Shown here: positions 1 through 7,002 of the stretch, in pieces
Numbering within the stretch: the first letter of the stretch is position 1
How the letters are laid out: each line of letters opens with the position of its first letter
From: a virus
Lineage: Duplodnaviria > Caudoviricetes
Virus record (IMG/VR): IMGVR_UViG_3300030376_002826
Location: 1-25,151 of that record
DNA: 25,151 bases
Strand: one strand, 5' to 3'
Made by a program: the position numbers and the translations under genes
The notes under the pieces: generated by a model
Databases searched by the model: none
What the model saw: only the letters and a program-made list of their open reading frames with translations
Told to the model about the DNA's origin: nothing

Positions 1-2
1 CC

Positions 3-1307
3 ACACACATCGAAATACCCTATACACCAAGACCACTACAAGCCAAGCTTCACAAAGAACTACCAAAGCATAGATGGGCGGTACTAGTGATGCACAGAAG
101 GTTTGGCAAGACTGTGATGATTATAAATCATCTATTGAGAGAAGCAATTTTAAACAATAGGCCTAATCCTAGGTATGCGTATTTAGCACCTACTTATAGA
201 CAGGCTAAGAGTGTTGCGTTTGACTACTTAAAAGATTTTTCTAGGAAGATACCTAATGTAAAGTTTCATGAAACAGAACTTAGGATAGATTTACCTAACG
301 GAGCAAGAATAAGTTTACTCGGAGCAGAAAATTATAATAATCTTAGGGGCCTTTACCTTGACGGCTGCTGCATCGATGAAACGGCAGACATCCCAGAAGC
401 GGTATTCCCTGAAGTAATAAGACCTGCTTTATCGGATAGAAACACAAAAGAAAAACCTACATTCTGTTATTTTATAGGAACACCAAGAGGACACAATGCG
501 TTCTTTGACCTGTATGAACAAGCTACACAGAACAAAGATTGGTATAGTATAGTTTATAAAGCATCAGAGACAGGTATAGTAGACCAAGAAGAACTAGAAG
601 CTGCACAAGCCATGATGACAGAAGATCAGTACAATCAGGAATTTGAATGTAGCTGGGTGGCAAATGTACCCGGCTCAATATATGGCAAGTACCTAGAGGA
701 AGCCATGGAAGAGGGGCGTATTACGAAAGTACCTTATAACCCTTCCTTAAAAGTAGATACCTATTGGGATTTAGGAATTGGTGATAGCACAGCTATATGG
801 TTTGCTCAGAATGATGGGCGTGCCATTAATGTAATTGATTTTTATGAAAATAGAAATGAGGGGCTACCCCATTATGTAGATGTACTTCAAAGAAAGAAGT
901 ATTTATATGGAGACCATGTAGCACCACACGATATAGAAGTACGAGAGCTTGGTTCAGGAAAAAGCAGAAGAGAGATTGCTTATGATCTAGGTTTGAATTT
1001 TCGAGTGGCACCAAAGCTACCATTAGAAGATGGAATACACGCAGCTCAAATGTTAATACCGAGATGTTGGTTTGACAATGAGCGATGTAAGATAGGGCTA
1101 GATGCACTAAGGCATTACCATAGAGCTTATAACGAAAGAACTCGTAGCTTTCGTAACAGCCCTGTCCACGATTTTTCAAGTCATGCAGCCGATGCGTTTA
1201 GATATATGGCTGTAGGATTAAAAGAAAAGAATAATTGGAGCCAACCTATGCAAAGGATGGCATCAAATAGTTATAACCCATTTACACACACAGGAGAAGC
1301 AGGATGA
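3..1307 (+). CDS. terL: Terminase large subunit, 5'-truncated (frame is open from base 3; true start probably just upstream of the window)
   Basis: Upstream in-frame translation THIEIPYTPRPLQ..WAVLVMHRRFGKT gives the Q motif and Walker A. Also Walker B GCCIDE, coupling motif IGTPRG, and RNase H-like nuclease motifs WDLG..DSTAIW and SHAADAFRY. Confidence 0.95.
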   Translation, partial: THIEIPYTPRPLQAKLHKELPKHRWAVLVMHRRFGKTVMIINHLLREAILNNRPNPRYAYLAPTYRQAKSVAFDYLKDFSRKIPNVKFHETELRIDLPNGARISLLGAENYNNLRGLYLDGCCIDETADIPEAVFPEVIRPALSDRNTKEKPTFCYFIGTPRGHNAFFDLYEQATQNKDWYSIVYKASETGIVDQEELEAAQAMMTEDQYNQEFECSWVANVPGSIYGKYLEEAMEEGRITKVPYNPSLKVDTYWDLGIGDSTAIWFAQNDGRAINVIDFYENRNEGLPHYVDVLQRKKYLYGDHVAPHDIEVRELGSGKSRREIAYDLGLNFRVAPKLPLEDGIHAAQMLIPRCWFDNERCKIGLDALRHYHRAYNERTRSFRNSPVHDFSSHAADAFRYMAVGLKEKNNWSQPMQRMASNSYNPFTHTGEAG

Positions 1308-1519
1308 GTTTTTTAAGCCCCAAGATACCTACACCGCCACCACCTCCTCCAGCACCCCCTCCACCAGCAATTAAACCGGTAGAGCGTGGAGAGATAGACA
1401 AGGAAGAGGATAGATTAAAAAGAAGAAGAGGTGTGCGTGCTACAATGCTAACTGGGCCATCAGGCTTGACAGCAGAAGCAGACACAAGTATAACTCCTAC
1501 ATTATTAGGAGGATATTAA
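1304..1519 (+). CDS. Small Pro-rich pre-portal protein, probable virion assembly protein (T7 gp7.3-like position)
   Basis: ATGA overlap with terL stop, SD GGAG upstream; poly-Pro, RRRG, C-terminal TLLGG; lies between terminase and portal. Confidence 0.7.
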   Translation: MSFLSPKIPTPPPPPPAPPPPAIKPVERGEIDKEEDRLKRRRGVRATMLTGPSGLTAEADTSITPTLLGGY

Positions 1520-1520
1520 G

Positions 1521-1742
1521 ATGGGTGGATTTTTTGGAGGTGGTCAAAAAGCAGCCGCACAAGTAAGAGCAGAACCAAGACCTCCTGTGCAACCAGCACC
1601 GGCTATACGAGCAGAAGATGATAGTCCTAAATATAGGAAGAGAAGAAGGGTGTCAGGAGAGCGTACTACGATATTAACAGGAACCCAAGGGTTGACAGCA
1701 AGCGGAGATAGCACTTCTGTAAAAACCTTGTTAGGAGGATAG
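1521..1742 (+). CDS. Second small pre-portal protein, paralog of 1304..1519
   Basis: SD AGGAGG; shares basic patch, T(M/I)LTG..GLTA and TLLGG with the preceding ORF. Confidence 0.7.
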   Translation: MGGFFGGGQKAAAQVRAEPRPPVQPAPAIRAEDDSPKYRKRRRVSGERTTILTGTQGLTASGDSTSVKTLLGG

Positions 1743-3344
1743 ATGGCTGAAGATAAAAAAGCAGTTGCCATAATGCACCAGTTCAAAACTTTGGTCGATC
1801 AAAGAAGCAACTGGGAAAGTCATTGGCAACAGTTAGCAGACTTTATAAGTCCTAGAAAAGCAGACATCACCAAGAAGCGTACCTCTGGTGATAAGCGTAC
1901 AGAGTTAGTCTTTGATGGTACAGCTATTCATGCAGCAGAAATGCTTGCAGCAAGCTTACATGGTATGTTGACTAATCCATCTACACCTTGGTTTAGCTTG
2001 CGTTTTAAAGATAGAGAGCTTGATGGAAACGATGAAGCAAAGGAATGGTTAGAAGGTGTTACCGATGTCATGTATGCTGCAATCAATCGCTCTAACTTTG
2101 CAGAAGCAGTCCATGAATTATATTCAGACTTAGTGGTGTTTGGCACCGGGGTAATGAGTATAGAGAAGGATAAAGAAAGCGATTTGCGTTTTAGCACAAG
2201 GCACATAGCCGAATGTTACCTAGCCGAAGATGCAGAAGGTAGAGTAGATACAGTATACAGAAAATTTAAGATGACCTGTATTGCTATGAGAACGATGTTT
2301 GGTAATGACAACCTACCTCCAAGATTACAGAATATGGCAAGAATGGAACCATACAAAGAAGTGGAATTATTGCACGCTGTGTTTCCAAGAGAAGCCTACG
2401 ATGTAACACAGCTAGATACATTAAATAAACCATTTGCTAGTGTGTATATAGATCCACACGATAAAAAAACTATATCCGAAGGCGGATATGATGAACTACC
2501 TTATGTGTGTCCAAGATTCCTCAAAGCTTCTTTTGAGCGTGGTTATGGCCGATCTCCAGCTATGACCGCATTAGCAGACACAAAAATGCTTAACAAGATG
2601 GCTGAGGTAACAATCCGCTCTGCACAAAAGCAAGTAGATCCTCCTCTGATGCTCCCTGATGATGGGTTTATGATGCCAATAAGAACTGTGCCGGGTGGAT
2701 TGAATTACTATCGTTCTGGCACTAGAGATAGGATTGAGCCTTTAAATATAGGAGCAAACAATTCTCTAGGTTTGAATATGGAAGAGCAAAGAAGGAATGC
2801 TATACGTTCTGCATTTTATGTAGACCAGTTAATTCTGTCGCAAGGCCCACAGATGACAGCTACCGAAGTAATACAAAGAACAGAAGAGAAAATGCGATTA
2901 CTTGGCCCGGTCTTAGGTAGATTACAAGCAGAGATGCTACAGCCTATGATTGAGCGTTGTTACAATGTATTAGTGCGTGAAAAGAAATTTGCGACTGCCC
3001 CTGAGTTTTTACAAAACAATGCTGTAGAAATAGAATACATTTCACCATTAGCAAAAGCTCAAAGATTTGGCGATGTACAATCTGCAATGCGATTGTTTGA
3101 GATGCTTGCTCCATTATCACAAGTTAATCCTGCGGTATTTGATTATGTAGATATGGATGGATTGGCAAAGTATATTATTAGAATATTAGGAGTGCCTGCA
3201 TCAACCATTAAAAGTGATGAGCAAGTTGTGGAAGAAAGACAAGCAAGACAACAGCAACAACAACAAATGGCGGAGCAACAAGAGGCTCTACAAACAGCAG
3301 AAGCCGCAGGTAAAGCTGCACCAGCGTTAAAGGCATTACAATGA
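1743..3344 (+). CDS. Portal protein (head-to-tail connector, T7 gp8/BPP-1-like family)
   Basis: 533 aa; motifs LAASLHGMLT..WF, DLVVFGTG, YGRSPAM.AL, MTATEV.QR.EE..RLLGP, EIEYISPLAKAQ; Gln-rich C-terminus. Confidence 0.93.
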   Translation: MAEDKKAVAIMHQFKTLVDQRSNWESHWQQLADFISPRKADITKKRTSGDKRTELVFDGTAIHAAEMLAASLHGMLTNPSTPWFSLRFKDRELDGNDEAKEWLEGVTDVMYAAINRSNFAEAVHELYSDLVVFGTGVMSIEKDKESDLRFSTRHIAECYLAEDAEGRVDTVYRKFKMTCIAMRTMFGNDNLPPRLQNMARMEPYKEVELLHAVFPREAYDVTQLDTLNKPFASVYIDPHDKKTISEGGYDELPYVCPRFLKASFERGYGRSPAMTALADTKMLNKMAEVTIRSAQKQVDPPLMLPDDGFMMPIRTVPGGLNYYRSGTRDRIEPLNIGANNSLGLNMEEQRRNAIRSAFYVDQLILSQGPQMTATEVIQRTEEKMRLLGPVLGRLQAEMLQPMIERCYNVLVREKKFATAPEFLQNNAVEIEYISPLAKAQRFGDVQSAMRLFEMLAPLSQVNPAVFDYVDMDGLAKYIIRILGVPASTIKSDEQVVEERQARQQQQQQMAEQQEALQTAEAAGKAAPALKALQ

Positions 3345-3556
3345 TGACAAATGATGATTACAGATTAGTGTTTACTTCTAAAGAAGGAGAGAGAGTATTA
3401 CAGGACTTACGAGAGCGTTTCTATGATAGAGATACGTTTGTACGAGGGGAACCGGACACGACTGCATACAATCAGGGAGCAAGAAGTGTCTTGTTTTTTA
3501 TATTTAGACAATTAAATGACTTTCAACCATTAGATGAAAAAGCAAAAGAAAAATGA
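3341..3556 (+). CDS. Conserved small post-portal protein (Bbp19-like)
   Basis: Y..VF.S.EG.RVL.DL...AYNQGARSV pattern typical of the small gene following portals in BPP-1-like podoviruses; overlapping stop/start. Confidence 0.65.
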   Translation: MMTNDDYRLVFTSKEGERVLQDLRERFYDRDTFVRGEPDTTAYNQGARSVLFFIFRQLNDFQPLDEKAKEK

Positions 3557-3981
3557 AAAAAGTTACAAAAAAGATAATGGAAAAAATTGCAGAAGAAATG
3601 GCTGCGGGAAAAAGTCTTGTTAAAATATGTAAAGAGTTTCCTGATCTTCCTTCATACAGAACCATTACCCGTTCTGTTCAAAAGGATGAAGAATTATGGG
3701 AGATATACAGAAGAGGAAGAATATTGCAAGCAGAATGGTATGGAGATCATTTGGCGGAACTAGCAACTAGTCCACTACCTGATGGAATGGATGCAAGGTT
3801 TATGAATGCAGAAGTACAGCGTAGAAGATTAGAAGTAGATACCTTAAAATGGACACTAGCAAGAATACAACCTTACGGCATTAGAGATAAAAAAGAAGAT
3901 GCCGGTAATCAAGGAGCTATTACTTTGTCATGGGCAAATGGCAACGTAGAAATATCTGATAACATTAACAAAGGAGAATAA
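3553..3981 (+). CDS. Terminase small subunit-like protein (Sf6 gp1 type)
   Basis: N-terminal HTH-like GKSLVKIC...LPS.RT, then Y..GR..QAE, and RRRLEVDTLKW.LAR..P.....DK matching the Sf6-type RLRIDTRKW..SK..P..YGDK signature. Confidence 0.75.
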   Translation: MKKVTKKIMEKIAEEMAAGKSLVKICKEFPDLPSYRTITRSVQKDEELWEIYRRGRILQAEWYGDHLAELATSPLPDGMDARFMNAEVQRRRLEVDTLKWTLARIQPYGIRDKKEDAGNQGAITLSWANGNVEISDNINKGE

Positions 3982-3984
3982 CAC

Positions 3985-4827
3985 ATGGCTGAAGAACAAC
4001 AGGTAGCGGAAGCTCCGGTGGAAACTGGGCAGGCTCCGTCTGAAGATTGGAAAGCAAGTTTACCAGAAGATATAAGAGACAATCAATTAATACACAATGC
4101 AAACAGTATTGAGTCTTTGGCAAAGACTGCGATCCATGCACAAAGCATGATAGGAGCAGATAAAGTGCCAGTTCCGGGAAAGTGGGCGAATGATACGGAC
4201 TGGGACAATGTTTACACTAAACTAGGTAAACCAGAAAATGCTGAAGCATATAAATTAGAAGTAAAGGAAGGAACTTCTGTTGATAAAGATATTGAAGGAT
4301 GGTATCGAGGATTAGCACACAAAGCTGGTCTTAACGATAGACAGGCCAACACTATTTTTCAGGAATACCTTGCTAAAGAAGCAGAGATAGCTTCTGCGAA
4401 TGCTCCACCAAGTGAAGAGCAATTAGAAATAAAAAGAGGAGAAGCAGAACTCGCTCTTAAAAAAGAGTGGGGTAAGGCGTATGATAATAAAATGAAGGAA
4501 GCAAAAAACGTCTTAGAAGAATTTGCTCCCAAAGAATTTGATCAATTAACTACGCAGGAAGGATTGCCATTAGGGAATGATCCTGCATTTATAAAAACAC
4601 TAGCCAATATAGGAAACTATATCAACTCCAAACTAGGAGAGGATAAAATGATTGGTGGAAAAGAAGCACAGCAGTATACTCCTGCTGATGCAGAAAAAGA
4701 GATTGCAGCCTTGCGAGGAGATCCTCGTGATGGCGGCCCCTACTGGGATAAGAAGCATCCAGATCATATAAGAACTGTACAACAAGTGCAAGAGCTTATG
4801 GAGTATATGCACCCAGAAGAGGAATAG
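3985..4827 (+). CDS. Capsid scaffolding (assembly) protein
   Basis: Acidic helical protein directly upstream of the capsid gene; W..SLPED, LG.PE..E.Y, LKKEWGKAYD, PYWDKKHPDH motifs; SD AAGGAG. Confidence 0.8.
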   Translation: MAEEQQVAEAPVETGQAPSEDWKASLPEDIRDNQLIHNANSIESLAKTAIHAQSMIGADKVPVPGKWANDTDWDNVYTKLGKPENAEAYKLEVKEGTSVDKDIEGWYRGLAHKAGLNDRQANTIFQEYLAKEAEIASANAPPSEEQLEIKRGEAELALKKEWGKAYDNKMKEAKNVLEEFAPKEFDQLTTQEGLPLGNDPAFIKTLANIGNYINSKLGEDKMIGGKEAQQYTPADAEKEIAALRGDPRDGGPYWDKKHPDHIRTVQQVQELMEYMHPEEE

Positions 4828-4847
4828 AATTTACAGAAGAGCGTAAA

Positions 4848-4936
4848 GTAAGATAAGCGAAAGCCCTTACCGGTGGCACCGACAGCCAAAGGTGATTAAC
4901 CTTAAATATAGAAGTGTCCTGCGTAAGCAGGGTAGC
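4848..4936 (+). promoter_or_regulatory. Structured 5' leader of the major capsid gene (four stem-loops, two with GNRA tetraloops)
   Basis: GTAAG-ATAA-GC-GAAA-GC-C-CTTAC (4848-4870); CGGT-GGC-ACCG (4871-4881); AAGGT-GATTA-ACCTT (4889-4903); CCTGC-GTAA-GCAGG (4918-4931). GC-rich within an AT-rich genome. Confidence 0.55.
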
Positions 4937-4981
4937 AATTTGTTTTCTTAATATTATTAACTTTTTTACAAGGAGAGCGTT

Positions 4982-5842
4982 ATGAGTACGCAAATTACTA
5001 CAGCTTTTGTAAACCAGTTTAGCAGTAATATAACCATGTTAAGTCAACAAATGGGTTCTCTACTAAGAGAAGCAGTTGATGTGGAAACTGTTACTGGTGA
5101 GAAAGCTTTTTTCGATCAGGTAGGTTCTGCTGTAGCACAGGTAAGAACTTCCCGTCATGGTGATACTCCATTGATGGAAACACCACACGCAAGAAGAATG
5201 GTTACAATGTCAACCTATGAGTATGCAGATTTAATTGACGATCCAGATAAAATCAGATTACTTGTAGATCCTACGAGTTCCTATGCTAGAGCAGCAGCGA
5301 TGGCGATGGGGAGGTCTATGGATGACGTAATCATTTCAGCAGCTTTAGGTTCTGCCAGCACAGGCAAAGCAGGAAGCACATCCACAGCATTACCATCTGG
5401 GCAAAAGATCGTTCATGGAAGTGCAGGATTAACTCAGGCTAAACTAGTGTCTGCTAAAAAGATACTAGATCAAAATAGCGTAGACCCTTCAATTCAGAGA
5501 TACATCATTGTATCACCTGAGCAGATTGAAGATTTATTAAACATCACCGAAGTTACTTCAGCAGACTTTAATACAGTCAGAGCTTTGGTACAAGGTGAAG
5601 TAGATACATTTGTTGGTTTCAAGTTTATCGTAAGTAACAGACTAAACACAGACAGCAATGGTAACAGACAAGTTATCGCTTTTGCCGGAGATGGCATTAA
5701 GCTAGCTGTAGGTAAAGATGTTACTGGTCGTATAGATGAGAGATCAGACAAGTCGTATTCCACACAAATCTATTACTGTATGGACATCGGGGCAACTCGT
5801 ATGGAAGAAGAAAAAGTAGTAGAGATAGCCTGCACAGAATAG
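4982..5842 (+). CDS. Major capsid protein (HK97 fold, BPP-1 Bbp17-like family)
   Basis: MSTQITTAFV.QF...LSQQ.GS.L, AMGRSMDD.II, S.DFN.VRALV.GEV.TF.GF.F, GATRMEEEKVVEI; SD AAGGAG; follows scaffold. Confidence 0.92.
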   Translation: MSTQITTAFVNQFSSNITMLSQQMGSLLREAVDVETVTGEKAFFDQVGSAVAQVRTSRHGDTPLMETPHARRMVTMSTYEYADLIDDPDKIRLLVDPTSSYARAAAMAMGRSMDDVIISAALGSASTGKAGSTSTALPSGQKIVHGSAGLTQAKLVSAKKILDQNSVDPSIQRYIIVSPEQIEDLLNITEVTSADFNTVRALVQGEVDTFVGFKFIVSNRLNTDSNGNRQVIAFAGDGIKLAVGKDVTGRIDERSDKSYSTQIYYCMDIGATRMEEEKVVEIACTE

Positions 5843-5852
5843 GAGGTAAATT

Positions 5853-6359
5853 ATGGCTAATGTAAATCAAACACTAGTTTCTAACTTTGAAGCTAGTCCT
5901 ATTGTTAAAAGCCCTTCCTCTCAACTAGGCGGGGTTCAAAGAATTGCTCAAGGTACTATTGCTTTGGCAGCAGGGGATTTAAGTGCAACTGATACAGTTA
6001 TGCTTGCACCTATTCCTACTAATGCTTCCGTTGTTAGTATCAAGCTTTTCAATGACGATCTTGATTCAGGATCAACGAATACTTGTGATGTAGGTTTGTA
6101 TAATGCAGACTCAAGCACAGTTACGGCTGTCGATGATGATGCGTATGCTTCAGCGATTACCGATCTAAGAGCTGCTGTTACCACAGGTACAGAGGTTGCT
6201 TTTGAAGCAAGAAACATTAACACTATGGGCCAAAAGGTATGGGAAGATGCTGGCCAGTCATCAGATCCGGGCGGATATTATTATGTCGGTCTAAAGTTTG
6301 ATGCTGCTGGAGATACAGCAGGAGACCTATCTTTTGTCATCACATACGTTGTTGATTAA
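5853..6359 (+). CDS. Putative capsid decoration/cement protein
   Basis: Beta-rich 168 aa directly after the capsid gene, strong SD AGGAGGT, followed by a strong hairpin. Confidence 0.55.
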   Translation: MANVNQTLVSNFEASPIVKSPSSQLGGVQRIAQGTIALAAGDLSATDTVMLAPIPTNASVVSIKLFNDDLDSGSTNTCDVGLYNADSSTVTAVDDDAYASAITDLRAAVTTGTEVAFEARNINTMGQKVWEDAGQSSDPGGYYYVGLKFDAAGDTAGDLSFVITYVVD

Positions 6360-6369
6360 TAGGTAACAT

Positions 6370-6400
6370 GAAAGGGGGGTTGCGTTTGCACTTCCCTTTC
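6370..6400 (+). terminator. Strong stem-loop after the head genes (terminator/attenuator or mRNA-stabilising hairpin)
   Basis: GAAAGGGGGG-T-TGC-GTTT-GCA-CTTCCCTTTC. No clear U-tract, so probably leaky or a processing element. Confidence 0.55.
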
Positions 6401-6417
6401 CTTACAAGGAATTTATT

Positions 6418-7002
6418 ATGGCATCAGAAGTAGATATAGCAAACTCAGCACTTAACATGATAGGTGCATCAAACATTAACTCTTTGACAGAAGATAGTGT
6501 TGCTGCAAGAATAGTAAATCAGCGATATACTTTTGTTAGAGATGCGGTGTTTCGTTCGCACCCTTGGAACTGTTTAGTTCGTAGAGCATCGTTAGCAAGA
6601 AATACTACAGCTCCTACATGGGGATATGAGTATGCGTATAACTTACCTACCGATCCATTTTGTTTACGAGTATTGCGTTTAGAAAAATTAGACATTGATT
6701 ACAAGGTAGAAGGAAGAACAATCGTTAGCGATGAAACTACAATGAAAATTAAATTTGTAGGAAGAGTAACCGATCCTAATGAATATGATACTTTGTTAAT
6801 GGAAACAATCTCTGCAAGATTAGCAGCCGATACTTGTTACAGTATTACAAACAGCAACAGTTTAGTTGCAAGTATGTATAGTTTATATGAAGCAAAATTA
6901 AAAGAAGCACGTTTTGTAGATGCAACAGAAGGTATGCCCGGAGTAGAAGGAGCAGATCTTGGAGTTGTACAAGCAGATACATTTATTAATTCGAGATACT
7001 AA
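6418..7002 (+). CDS. Tail tubular protein A / head-tail adaptor (T7 gp11-like)
   Basis: MASEVDIANSAL..IG...I.SL.E, R..V.RSHPWN, Y.LP.D..LRV; canonical position. Confidence 0.85.
   Translation: MASEVDIANSALNMIGASNINSLTEDSVAARIVNQRYTFVRDAVFRSHPWNCLVRRASLARNTTAPTWGYEYAYNLPTDPFCLRVLRLEKLDIDYKVEGRTIVSDETTMKIKFVGRVTDPNEYDTLLMETISARLAADTCYSITNSNSLVASMYSLYEAKLKEARFVDATEGMPGVEGADLGVVQADTFINSRY

Noticed and set aside
3241-3290. CAA/CAG-rich run at the portal 3' end
   Set aside because: Encodes the Gln-rich helical tail common in this portal family.
5800-5860. T7 10A/10B-like capsid frameshift or readthrough
   Set aside because: No slippery site seen near the stop, and the next gene has its own strong SD.
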